A stretch of DNA of 60,397 nt, counting the filler, from Sphacelaria rigidula (Eukaryota): NCBI GenBank assembly GCA_964200075.2. It is 9 parts of 9 records of this genome, joined end to end, with 100 filler letters (N's around TTAATTAATTAA, not from the genome) between each part and the next. Parts side by side here need not be neighbours in the genome. Positions count along the whole stretch, not along the records: positions 6,724 to 13,346 come from CAXNAA020018994.1; positions 13,447 to 20,068 come from CAXNAA020018995.1; positions 20,169 to 26,790 come from CAXNAA020018996.1; 6 more parts are not named here. The stretch is one strand, 5' to 3'. Under the pieces are notes generated by a model. The model searched no databases and was not told the DNA's origin. It worked only from the letters and a program-made list of their open reading frames with translations. Each line of letters starts with the position of its first letter. Position 1 is the stretch's first letter. Positions 11,951 to 24,285 of this stretch are shown in pieces. The translations under genes were made by a program, and so were the position numbers.

Positions 11951-12932
11951 CCTGATTTGTTTAAAACGACTGTTGGAAGAACAAAGGAAATAAAACCTAT
12001 CAGCGCATGCATTTGGAAGGAATCAAATCCGCGAGATGCTGATATCTCCAGGAGGCCAGAAGCGCGCCCCACTTACTCCTGAATTTCGGGTAAGCACACG
12101 ACTCGAGGAAGAAATTTCGGGTAAGCACACAGTTCTCGAGAATGCTGGCGACGCTCATAGCCACAAACGAAACGAGTCCTTGCGCAGGTCGCGTAGTGCT
12201 CTACAGTAGTTCTTTGCCCGGCTCTTGACAATACTACACCCCGTACTCAGTTTCGAGATTTGCGGGTACACTTGGGAATAGGTACAGCTTTCGTCCGCGA
12301 AAATCAGGGGATCGAGTTCGGGTCGCCGACGATACGCGCACGAAAAAGGGTTTTGCCTTCGTGAGGGCTGGCGGTCTTGTCGTCTATGAAAACACATATG
12401 GGTGAATCAGTCGTGCAGCAGCAAGAGAGGCGTGAAAACAGTCACAAAATGAAGAGCTCCGCCCTTCGGGATAACTCACACGCTGTCTCGGCCACGCGTC
12501 GGGCGATTGGCATACCCTACGTGCTCCTTGCATCGAAACTAACGTTTGCAGAGCAACATATTTCGGCTGGTATCTTGAGCTCATATGGGGTAAACCGTGG
12601 CGTCGCTGCCGTCTACTTCACCCCGAGAGAAAAAAAGAAAAGAAGGCAAAACACACGCACGGACACCTCGGTCGCTGCATGGCTACCGTCTACGTGAAAT
12701 ACGAGGGATATTTTCATAACTCTCTATCTACAGTATGTCTGCTGCAACAACTGGTGCGCGATGAAAACGTATCACACTGCGCCATGGGCGACGAGGTTTT
12801 TTTATTTGTCTTCGAACTGCTGTAGGTTCATCTCTGCATCATCCACACAAGTGCTCTTCGTTATCGGCGAATATTTGTGATCTCGGGGTGGAAATTACTG
12901 CCATTTGGTGAAAATCAAGACGTATCGCACAC

Positions 12933-13038
12933 CTTCTCATAGGCGCTGCAGGAATTCTCGAAGTCTTCCAACCTCGACAGCGTTATGGCAAGGTACATGT
13001 ATGACGCCGCAAAGTCGGGCTTCAGGTTGATGGACGCA
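12933..13038 (-). CDS. BBS4: BBS4 internal exon (S)ASINLKPDFAASYMYLAITLSRLEDFENSCSAYEK; the 5' part of the gene lies off this contig
   Basis: CAG|...AAG|GTGTGC splice sites; matches BBS4 'SAAINFQP...[21 protein letters not shown]'; not in the ORF track. Confidence 0.92.
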
Positions 13039-15479
13039 CTGAATCATAAAACGAGGTATTTACGCACACGTGCGTGACACGCGGCCGGAAGGCGATTCTC
13101 GCACGTGAGCATCAAACATTGTGCTCTAGGTGAGCGTCGGATTCCCGGGGGAGAATGGGATAAACAGTAGGTGCAGGTCGACTATTATGGTGAGAACCAA
13201 TTATTGTAGAAGCCTCGGACGGTAACTAAAATAAAATCAAAGTTTCAAAACAAGAACTCGGGTTATGTGGCACGACGACGAGGTGATGAAAGGAAGATAC
13301 AAAGTCAATTGTGTCTGGGTCTAAATGGGCAAATCTGTGTGAAGAANNNNNNNNNNNNNNNNNNNNNNNNNNNNNNNNNNNNNNNNNNNNTTAATTAATT
13401 AANNNNNNNNNNNNNNNNNNNNNNNNNNNNNNNNNNNNNNNNNNNNAGCGATCTGGGATTTTTTTCTCGATCCACGCCCAACAGTGGAGAGCGATCATGT
13501 CGTGGGTACACAAAAAATCGAGTTCACGATCGACGAGGGAAAAGGACCGCTGAAGCACTCTCGCAGTTAAAAATAAGGCAAGCACCGCGAAGGAAAGTAG
13601 ATTACTAAAACAAAGAGAAAAAAGAAAAGGCTCCTGTGTTGGCCTTCCTCTTGTATGACCCCGGCTGATGCCCACACATGTACCGGAAGGTGTAGACTGG
13701 CGTCAAAAATAAAGGGGGTTACCAACTGAGACACCGTACCTGGTCCACGATCATTATACTATACAGTAATAGCAGCTGGATTGCCGCTGGAGTGATGCTA
13801 CGGTAGGGGTGCACATATATTTTCTGAGGTTAAACTGTATAGGGGCCCTTTGTCTCTTCGAAAATACGACTTATGAAATATGTGACAGTACGCCAGGATC
13901 ACTATTCCAATGTGTTGGGGATATCCTGACGGAATTTCCAAAGGGGGGTGCCCTGACCCACACTCTTGCAAATCCTGAATCATTATGAGTCATCGAACCA
14001 GACACGATTTTGCGAAAAAAGTGCACCCCTACCGTAGCATTTCCAGCTGGCTGCTCAGACGTCGTGGACTGTTGCCGAGCTACGACGCGTGTAGAAAAAA
14101 ACTTCCATGTTAGTAGCAGTGTGCATGCACTGCACCACGGTAGAGGAGTAGTCACGGCGTAAATACAGTCGAACGCTGCAGCGCAGGCAGCGCCGCAAGC
14201 ACAGTGAACGGTGCCAGCAGGGATAGCTGCCTGGGGCGTAGGGATGCAGTGAGTAAGTGGGCAACGGGAAAGTGCCTAGCAGAGCGTGTTGACACGGTCA
14301 CAACGTGTGGACATTTAGGATTACGGCATGAATATGATGGGGGAAAATCATGTGTTAAATGACGGCTCGTTTCAGCATGATGTCGGTGATCAAGCCATGA
14401 GAGAGAGTACCAAGCGAGGATCAATCAACCTGTGAACAAGTGAGAAGAAGTTTCTTTTCTGATCAATAGTCATGTGCACCTTCCGAGTGAAATAGAAAGG
14501 AAGAGGAACCATTCTAGTGTGTCAGATACGCATTCGATGTAACGTGGGTTAAAGGATATGACATTCACCGTCTCATGTGTGAGATCACCTGCTAATGTTT
14601 TTTTCATCCACCAGAGTCAGATAAACAAAGATACTCCCAAACGAGTGCTGGTGCTGGACAACGATTGGCACGTATTAACTCCGTGCCTAGAATATTTTCA
14701 CCTTCTAAGGTCTGAGTAAAGATGATGTTCCCGACCAAGTGCCCACGATTAACGACGAGTATCATGTGCCAGGTTTCTTGCTATTTTTCAATCATGTGCC
14801 AGTGTACAAAAATGGTGGTCTCGGACAAGTGTTGGTGATGGGTAACGAGTATCCCCGGTAAACACGGGATCATACCGGTTCATCTGCCAGGGTCGTACCA
14901 CAAGCGATCTCTCCGAGCAACTGATGGTAGTGAACAACGAGTGTCATATGTAAATGACTGGGTCACATTAGCTCACTTTCCGGGGTCGAAGTAGACACGG
15001 CGTTCCCTAACGAGTGCCGATGATGTGCGACAACTACCAGATGAAAAACCGCTACGTGATGTATTTTCATCTTCCAGGGTCGAACGGCAGACGGTGGTGC
15101 CGAAGGACAGGCGGTGGTTCACGACGATTATTATGTGACGACCGGGTGAAATATCAGTGGTAATCTTTCTTGCCCTTGCCAGGCGCTCACGGAATATGAC
15201 GATTATACAGGAATGCTGATGGGGGATCGAGATCGAAATATGTAAAACTCAGGGAAATGGGCATGTTCATAGACGTGTTGAAGTGTCACGACAAATCTGA
15301 AAGTACTTCCTAAAGAGTACAACAAGCCGAAAGCGACAACCGCAATGTCCACCCAACCACATGCACGCCACGATCACCCACATTGCTTCCACCCACAGCA
15401 AGCGCTCTCAATGGCATCACCGCCCCTACCCACAGAACCCTCCCTCCCAGAGGCAACCCCCCGGCCCCTGCAACGCGCC

Positions 15480-16200
15480 TTATGAGTACTTTCCCTGCTC
15501 AAGTACCGCACGCAAGGAGACTACACCAACTCTCCCAAAGCGGTCAAACACTCGCATCAAGGGGAAGTTGCAAAAGCACCGTCCGCGGATCCAGATGTCA
15601 AATGCACAGACCATGGCAGCCCCTCCCTTCCTGTGGCGCATACTATTTCGTACGATCCTCGTCAGGGTTTCCCTGTTGATGGTCTTGTTGCGTACCTCGG
15701 GAATGGCTCGTAGAGAGTAAGCCAAGATCTCTAGCGTCATGTTTGATAGCGTACGCACGTTCAAAGTCAGGAAGGAATTGTCTTGCTCATGGGGGTTAAG
15801 ATTTACGCCGCTTATTTCGAGGTATTGAGACAACGCAGCGTACGTTCGCCTGCAGTCAGCGTCGTGGTTCTTCTCGTGCGGACCATCGGACCCGACGTAC
15901 ATCCCGTTCGAGCAACCCGTGTGGGCGTGGGGGCGACACCGGCCATTGAAGGTGTGCTTGTGGCCATCGTTGGCCGTGTCGTGGAATTTTATGCCTTAAC
16001 CTGCGACCTTGAAGCTCTGCACGGTGCTGTCATGCGGAAGGACGTTCGGGGTCCGCGATGTTTGTAGAGACTTGACTGAGGCAATATTTCGGCTGAAGCC
16101 GATACCACCGCGTACGGCGCGCTCTGGAATATGTCGAAGGACGAGCACGGCGAGTGGATGACGGTCGAACCCACAGGCAGGAATGCCCCTTAGAGCGTTT
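15480..16200 (-). pseudogene. Degenerate ORF of unknown family, probably internal to a large transposon
   Basis: The 140-aa ORF 15480..15902 extends upstream through one stop (…HDSTVQSFKVAG*GIKFHDTANDGHKHTFNGRCRPHAHTGCSNG…); GC-rich, no splice signals seen. Confidence 0.35.
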
Positions 16201-16535
16201 TGCGGTTTCGATGCATGATTTTGAAGCAGTGTAGTATGTGGACTGCATCGTGTGGGCTACATCGGGAGATTGCGGTACATTGGCTCACACATTGGAAATT
16301 TTCAGCGTGCGCGTGTGGCAGCGCACATGGAAAATCGATGACTGTGGGACCTCATCCCATGAGCACTCGCGAGGGACTCACTCACCGGCTCTCATCCGTT
16401 TTTCGGGGCCAGCAGGGAGCAGGCCGTCCACCACGAACCGGAGCTTCGCCTGCGCGATGCATAGTGAAATATAGCTCACGGTTGAGAATCTTGACGAACG
16501 GAAACTAAGTAAGCAGCTCGTGGTGGAGAAAATAA

Positions 16536-16924
16536 ATGACTCGAGCTAACCAGTCATCACTCGTGGTGGAAGCAATGAAGGACTCCAGTACACGAGTCAT
16601 TGCTCGCGGTTCAAAAAATGGATAGTTCGACCACTCAAGTCTTTGTTCGGGCGGAAAACAATAGATGAATCAAGCGCACGAGTCAGTACTCGTCGTAAAA
16701 AGAATGAACAGCTCGAGCACCCGAGTCTGTGCTCGTGGGAAAAACAATAAATGAGTCGAGAGCACACGAGTCATTGTTTGTGGTTGAAAAAAACAAATGA
16801 CTCGAGCACTCGAGTCGTTGCTCGTGGTGAAAAAATAAGTGACTCGAGCAAACGAGTCATGCTCGGTGTTCTAAAAAAACATTAACGAGTGCACTCGTTT
16901 CGACGGGTGGTGATTCCTCCGACG
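16536..16924 (-). repeat. ~43-bp subterminal tandem repeats (ACTCGAGCACACGAGTCATTGCTCGTGG) and a putative element end; same end at 42122-42310 and repeats at 43120-43225
   Basis: Reverse complement of 16850-16924 aligns with 42122-42205. Confidence 0.75.
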
Positions 16925-17448
16925 TGTGATATTTCTGAACAAAACACACACAATTTGGGTCGTAATTTTTTTATTTATTTAGTTTTTTCTTAACTCAGCA
17001 CCTTCGTTACTCGTTCCATCCTACCATGGCATGTCGTGATGGGATCATCTCTGGCCACAGCTCCCTCGCCTCTGCGTACGAATACAACCCGTCTTTTACC
17101 CCCACGAACGGTCGACAAGTTGCCTGGTCCACCACCAACTCGGTAATTTCTCCAAGCGACGGTAGAGAGGGTGGGGTACCTTCCCGAAATCCCGATATCA
17201 AAATAAGTATAGTCAGAAGAAAATGAAGCACACTCGCGGTTCCAGATGCTACCGTGCTGCCGTACTATCGCCAGTTGTGCAATCCAGATTCAGTGCAACT
17301 TTGCAGACACGTGGGGCTGGAGGATTATTGAGCCTAGAACTGAAGCAGTTACATGTGAAGAATGGTAATAACCAAAACTTATGTCAGACAAAGAATAATA
17401 ACAAAACTATTCAACCCATTATTACGTGAAACAAAAAGGAGACAGCTA

Positions 17449-18543
17449 TAGCCTGGTCCAGTCTAGAAACGAGTTCAAGCTCTGGAATAAATATCTCATC
17501 GATAGAGACGAGTTGGGCCGTGACCCGCATATCGTATTAATCGTCTGACTAAGGAGAAGGTGCCCTTCTCCTCAAACGTTTGGGCCATTTTTTTTCGTTG
17601 ATTACACCCCATGTCTAGTAATTCCTATACCGTACGGATATAGCGTCCACACTAGTCTATATGAAACCTCGGACGATGTATACAGAGGATGGCGATTTTT
17701 GGTGTGGGCATTCCCTGGAGCACGGGGAAACGAGCAGAGGCACTAAAAACACTAAATCTGGGTATCGCGTCTCAGTTTTCGAGAGTCGTGCTTTGATTTT
17801 TTTTATGGAGAACCGCAAGTGCATAATATAAAAAAATCAGGGTTGTTCATTTTTTCATCGTTTTTTTCTCTCGTTTTTTAGTAGAGTTCTGAGGAAAAAT
17901 GAATATTGCTCTTGACTCTCGAACCGTGACTTGAAACTGAGCACGGAGAATTGCAAAGGCGCTGAACGGGAAAAAAGGAGCCTTACTTTCTTCTTGAGAG
18001 AGAGGGAGAGAGGGAGAGAGGGAGAGAGTAGGGCGTTCTCATGAAAAAATGGTTTATACCGTACTAAAACGTCCTAGATCAGAGAAAGAAATCAACCTGG
18101 CCCACTCTTGTTGCCTTATTATGCCCTCGCGGGGTCCTGCAAAAAATTCCAATATATAAGTACCAAACCTGGGGCGGTTAGTGGCCCGCAAAGTACTGTC
18201 CCTGATTTAGACCGGCCCGGTTTTCGAACGGATCATTCTAGGCTCAATTTTTAGAGTTGGACCTCATACTTTGGTGTGGACAACAAATGAGCAATAGTAC
18301 ACACACTGTATGCATGGTCTAAAAAAAAGTTGTTTTTCTTTTCAGGAGTTGAAGGCGATAATAGTCAGGTATCAGGTTTCAGTAAAATGCCGTAACTCAT
18401 GGAAAACAAAAAGCTTTGGGTCGATGCATACGTTTTTTATCATGGCCTTTTATTGTCCGTGCTAAGCTTTAAGGTCCAACTCCAAAATTTTAGCTGAACA
18501 TGGGCCCGCAAACTACAACTCCGCTTCTAGGCTGGCCCGGCTC
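17449..18543. mobile_element. ~1.1-kb non-autonomous TIR element
   Basis: Left TAGCCTGGTCCAGTCTAGAAACGAGTT versus right reverse complement GAGCCGGGCCAGCCTAGAAGCGGAGTT; no TSD recovered. Confidence 0.55.
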
Positions 18544-18553
18544 GTGTCGAGCA

Positions 18554-19460
18554 TCACATGCACCAACCTAGCATAGATCGACCACATTTTTTTTCAAATC
18601 GATCACAATCGGAGCATAAGATCCACAAAGTGAGCACCGATATTGGTGAGATTACGAGCATAAAAACACGGCTACACGAGGATGATTGGGAGAACCCTAC
18701 ATCGCGCGGTGGCATGGGAAGTTTCGTTGATCCAAAAATAACAATGCCAACAAACGTCTGGCCTACCAAATGATATACCTTACATGCTGAAAACACTCAA
18801 TGTCACACTGCCGACCAATTCTTCCCACCGTTGTCTTACCCGGATCAGACATTTGGTAGTGACCAAATCTGCCGCCGTGAACGATCCCTTGCATATCCTG
18901 CATCGCTCCTGCAATGCGGTAAACTTCGATTGATCTATTTTTCTGTTGTACGTCGGCAACCCAGCTGGTTTTCGTGGTGGAAACTGGACTGCCGCCATGA
19001 GGTTGAGGGAGTCCCGATTATTATTCCGGAATGTTTCCGGCCGCTCCTGCGGAAAAACTCAGACTGATCGCCTCCCCGCCTGTGCACACGGCCTCTGGGT
19101 AAGTAAAAGTTGGCTTCGATTCTGAAATATTCATTGCCACGGTTGTTTTCAGAGTTTTCGGTATGTGTGTAAAGTATCCACCGCCCTCTCCTTCGGCCGT
19201 ATATTCCACTTGGAAATTAAACTGAACCTCACATCGATATATTCCATAAATATGTATTTCAAACGGAAACACTCAGACGCCGAAAAACGGGGATCAGCGA
19301 TACGGGAGGAAATTGCACATGATCCATGACTTATCCACCTTTGGCATTCGCAAAACTGGCAGATGCTTTTGTCATGTCGGCAGCACTTGACTTTGAGGCC
19401 ACAGTGACATTTCTTACAGCAACGGCTGCAAGCCCATCACCCGCACTTGTCGTTGCCAAG
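18554..19460 (-). pseudogene. Decayed Cys-rich ORF, possibly the N-terminal part of a DNA-transposon protein (KDZ/Zisupton-like, tentative)
   Basis: Successive same-strand frames: ICQFCECQRWISHGSC, YTAEGEGGGYFTH, QFPP...ERCRICKGSF, VTLxxSACKVYHLVG...VGI. Confidence 0.3.
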
Positions 19461-20607
19461 GCGTAATTTCCTTCGTGTTTCCATCACGAATACTACGGAG
19501 TTGTGTCCTCACGGTGGCATTTAGAGCAGTGTATATTTAAAGCTGCTGCTTCGCTGCGCCTGCCTTGATCGCCTCTACAGGGGATACGCCGCGCAGCAGT
19601 CGCTCGACCACCTCCCGTCGGCGCTCGTCTGGATAAGTCGCCGCCATCTGTACGCGGCGCCCGCACAACAATCCCTTTTCGACCGCCCCCCGCTGACGCT
19701 CGACCGAACGAGTCTTAGCTAATTATCACCGGCGCCTGCCCAACCACACCTCGGTCGCGTCCCGCCAGCGCTGGCTCGAATGAATCTACACCGCCTGCCA
19801 ACGGCGCCGACCCAACACCTACGCCAGCGCCTCCTGCAGGCGGTCGCCAAGACGAGTCCCCACCGTCTGCCGCCGACGCACTTCTGCTCCTTTAACGGGG
19901 TGATGTATCTCGACGAGGAGCCGGTTTCGCCGTCCCGGCAGACCACCCACCGTGTACGGATACTACTATCATAGCTGTGTTGGCACGACGGCTGCAGCTT
20001 AACCCTTAGACCGCGAGGTTAGTCTTCTGTTGAATCGGAATCAATTTCAAGTGAAAAAAAAGTATGCANNNNNNNNNNNNNNNNNNNNNNNNNNNNNNNN
20101 NNNNNNNNNNNNTTAATTAATTAANNNNNNNNNNNNNNNNNNNNNNNNNNNNNNNNNNNNNNNNNNNNCCCGGCTGATGCGCCCACATATCTCGAAAGGG
20201 CTAGACTGACGCCCAGAATAAATGGGACGACAACACACACACACATACTGTAGAGCTTCAACATATGTTACGGCGAGATTTTGTGAGGCCATTCTGGGCT
20301 GGTTGCCCGCGTCACTTGAAGTCCTCCTTCAGACCAATGCCGGCATTGACAAAAGCTCTTCCGAGATAATTTTTTGTCGTTATTGGTAGGCCGTGTCTTA
20401 GCACTTTTTTTCGATCGAAGAAGTGCGGGGGAAAGCAAAAATCCTGATCTGATACTCGTACGTGGGTGGTGATTTCAACCATCTTAAAAATGAACGACGA
20501 TGGTTGAAATTACGACCTATCACATCGGGATTTTTGTCTTTCCACCGCACAATTTTGATCGAAAACTAATGTGTGCCAAGACACGCCCATATTGTTATTG
20601 GTGTTAT

Positions 20608-20658
<51 letters not shown>
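20608..20658. repeat. (TGC)n microsatellite
   Basis: Direct inspection. Confidence 0.97.
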
Positions 20659-20660
<2 letters not shown>

Positions 20661-20840
20661 TGATTTCACCAGGTGCGGCTACCAATCGACAGGACGCGCC
20701 GTAGTAGAAAGGATCCCCTCTGGGGCTATGTACGACATTTCCAAACACGGAAAAATCTACCCACCCATGCTGATGACCTCAACAGAGAGTTTCGGAAAAC
20801 CTTTTTTTGTCATTTCAGAGTAATGCAATTATCTCCAGTA

Positions 20841-21159
20841 GGGTTTACCTCTTGGGGTGGTGAGAAATTTCTCAGATAGTTCGACTTGATTTTAGTGTGA
20901 ACAGCGAAAATCCGGATCTTTGATGGAGCTATGCTCCAAGCGTGCTCCTAGCTTGCGCAGAACGCGTTTTGGTCGAAATCGGCGCCTGGGGCGCCGATTT
21001 GAGGTCTGGCAACGCACCCTCTTCCTATGCAAGACTCTCCACCCCCTCGCCCGAGGATTCTCGGTGTGTCTTCGTTGGGGTTAGGGTTAAGGTTGGTGTT
21101 ATAGTTTTTCGAAGTTGTAAGTTTCTGAGAAATTTCTCACCATCCCAAGTGGTAAACTG
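20841..21159. mobile_element. MITE with ~34-bp TIRs and a telomere-like cassette
   Basis: GTTTACCWCTTGGGRTGGTGAGAAATTTCTCAGA inverted at both ends; GGGGTTAGGGTTAAGGTTGG at ~21077-21096. Confidence 0.85.
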
Positions 21160-22266
21160 ACCTCAATATTTCAGGATCGGAATGCAGAATATTAAGAAAA
21201 TAGTCATGGAAAAAAAGTCAAGGGGATGCTGTACCACATTTGACGGAGGGGAAAATATTTTTTCGTTACACTCTGATCCTGAGATATTTGCATTCTGAAG
21301 TTACAAAAATGTGTTTTCCGAAACTCTTTGATATATATATTCTACGTATGTATTTATTAGGAGAGTTCACGCAAATCAGTCATCAACTTTTTGTACGGTC
21401 GAAAGCACACTTGCATTTTAGGCCACTTCATGTGTGTCCCAAAAAATCTTGTTCTAAACTGCCTCTTTGGCCCTTCTCCGTCGTTTAACGCCCGAAAATA
21501 GGGGCTATCGTAGGTGGATGTTGACACCCTGCAATGACTTGCTCTACTCGTTGAGACCGGTCCTGAGCACCTCCGCGTTCTCCGGTGGCCGCAGTTTTTG
21601 TTGGCCAATCTTGAATTCCCAATAACAAACGGTCAATTTTATCATTGAGAACAAGGGGGAAATAATATGAAAAAGTGGCCTTAGGGCTCTTATTATTAAC
21701 ACGGCGTATTCATTTTTTTTTCCTACTTCCCCGAAAAAATGGGTTATATCCCGACTTCTCTTGAAAGCAAAATTCGGGAATAAGTTTTGCATAATGTTTT
21801 CCATGTTCCCCGATTATGACTCTTGCGTGATTTCTTTCGGAGGGAAATGAGACCACTGAGCTCCCCAGGAAGAGTTATTGCTGCGGACGCTGTGTCAATG
21901 CTCCACTGTCGAGTCTGGAATCATGGATGTCCTGCAGTAGTGTGAAGTACACACAGGGGGCTTGAAGTCGAGCGTGACCTCTGATGAGAACCGGGTTAGC
22001 TACGTACAGCAAGCTGCCCGATAAATTGAGAGGGGGGAATGAAAAAAGAATCCATATACACATATATACATGTAGAGAGAGAGGGAGGGAAACTCTCATC
22101 ATTGAGCTTATTAATTTTGCAGTTTTCGTCGAGAACATTTGGTTAAAAAAAATCATCGCCTTTTGAGAGTTCTTGAAATTGAAGAGTCTTGTTCATAGAA
22201 TGCTGCCGAGGGAATCGGAGTTCAAGAAAACACCAGGAACTTCAAGAACGATATCTGTACCAAAGC

Positions 22267-22268
<2 letters not shown>

Positions 22269-22321
<53 letters not shown>
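22269..22321. repeat. (TG)n microsatellite
   Basis: Direct inspection. Confidence 0.97.
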
Positions 22322-22324
<3 letters not shown>

Positions 22325-22997
22325 GTGAGAGGTCGATCGCTATGATTCGTCCTGTTTCTTTCGGGGCCGCAAATACTCCCCACCCGCGGAGGCCATCGCC
22401 GCACGACTTCGGCAGGTCTGCCGAGATACGCATGCTCAAAATTGGAGATGGGGTGAACATCGACGCGTGATACTCATGCCTCGAATTTCAATCTTCAGCC
22501 GCTCATTACTGCATGCTCGCCACGTGCATATATAGACAGGTGCAAACGTTTCTCAAATCAGCGTGAGATTGCTGTGAGAACCGCCGATCTGTATACCCCT
22601 CTTCGTCCGCACTGTATCCCGTACAACGTCATACAACCAGGGGATCGTACCGTTTTTCCTTCTTTTTTTTGTTGCGAGGCTACGATGTAAAGTCCTGTTG
22701 TGTGCTCAACCGCCGGCAAAAAGCTGGCGTGGAGAAAAATGAAGCGTGTGGATCCTGGTATATTAGTGTAGAAGGCACCCGTCTGCCTCGATATGAGCAG
22801 TTACACATATTCGAAGAACTGCACGTCCTGGACGACATGTGGACAATACTTGCAATCGACTATACCTCATACTTTACGCAATACGTTTTGTTTATGTTGT
22901 AACTATTATATTGACCCCACATAGTGTCTAGGGTGTGAAGAATCATACATATGGTACACCTTTGTGTGGGGGTTTTAATTCACTGCAACATGTCAGT

Positions 22998-23442
22998 CCG
23001 CCGCGACCCGGTGGTGTAGTGGTCCTACTGTCGCCATTAGGGTGGAGAGAACGAGAGTCCGATTCCCGATGCGTTCGGTTTTTTATTCGAAATATCATAC
23101 TTCCACCGTCGAGAGCGTGAGTACGTGAGTACACAAACAAGTAGTTGACTAAGTTTGTTTGACAAGAGTTGACGCGGTGTTGTCGTCCCATCTATTCTGG
23201 ACGCTAGTTTACACCTTTCGGTATATGTGGGCGCACCAGCCTCGGTCACACAGGAGGAAGGTCAACACGGGAGTTTGTGGTGTGGGAGAGCTGACCCAAT
23301 CCGCGAGACCAAAATGCAAGGCGTGTTCCACCGGGGAGAGATGGGTTGATCCCTTGAGACCAGAGACTCATCCCGAGGAAGGGGAGGGGTTCAAAGTGTG
23401 ACAAATAAAAAACAAAAATAAAACAATACAACAATAATAAAT
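22998..23442 (+). mobile_element. SINE family B with a tRNA-Pro-like head, interrupted at ~23180-23276 by an inverted 3' fragment of SINE A
   Basis: A-box TGGTGTAGTGG, loop TTAGGGT, B-box GTCCGATTCCC; body matches 29255-29895 and 49100-49320; A-rich tail. Confidence 0.7.
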
Positions 23443-24285
23443 GTTGCGTTCTATTTTCGCTCTGATACGGGGTATTAGATGCCCTCCTCCCCCCCCCCCC
23501 ATCCCGTCGTCTCTGAACCGTGACCTTCACTTGTGACCCCTGGGGTGGGTCATCTGTTGAGTCAGCCTTATTACCCCTAGAAAATTCTCGGTGGAGATCC
23601 AGATGGCCCACCCTGGCGGTCAAAGGGTTCAAGATGAACCTTTTTGGTACTACTGGCAATGGAAAAGTGCGGATTTCGAGGTGCTGTTTTCGAACGACAT
23701 ATGGTTGAGTATTCACAGCTTTCACGCAAAACTATTAGCCCAAGGCGTGTTTTTCAGACCCGTATAAAAATGTGCCCCAGTGCTGCACGGGACTCAGTAT
23801 ATAGGAAATAGACGGGTGGTGTCGATATTTGTTTTTATAGACTCTAGGCACGCAAGTGCTCATTTTGACTGTGCGCACAAACTTGGATAAACTTGACCCG
23901 TTGCGTCCCTCACTGGACCAAACTAATCCGACCGCACCGAGGTGACATTTTTGGTGCGCGCATGACGTATGCTGGTGGATTCTTCTGAGGCCTTCCGCCG
24001 TGGAAATGATTGCCGGTTTTTCCTCTTGCCATAATTTCTTCTTTGTCAGAGCTTGAAATGTTGAGGCGTCTGGCTCGGGGACGGAAGGGGGAACTTCTCA
24101 AAGGGTTGAGAACGTGTGTACTGTTGACTTTGTTTACGATCGTGTGTGTGTCTTTTTTTTTTCCCAGACAAAGAACCAATCTATCAAGATGGAGAAAAAA
24201 ACGCCTCCTGACATGTCCGTCGTCATCCCTGCTGCTGCTGCCGGTTCTATTTTTTGTTGAAATTATCTGTTGCGTCATCCTCCAG

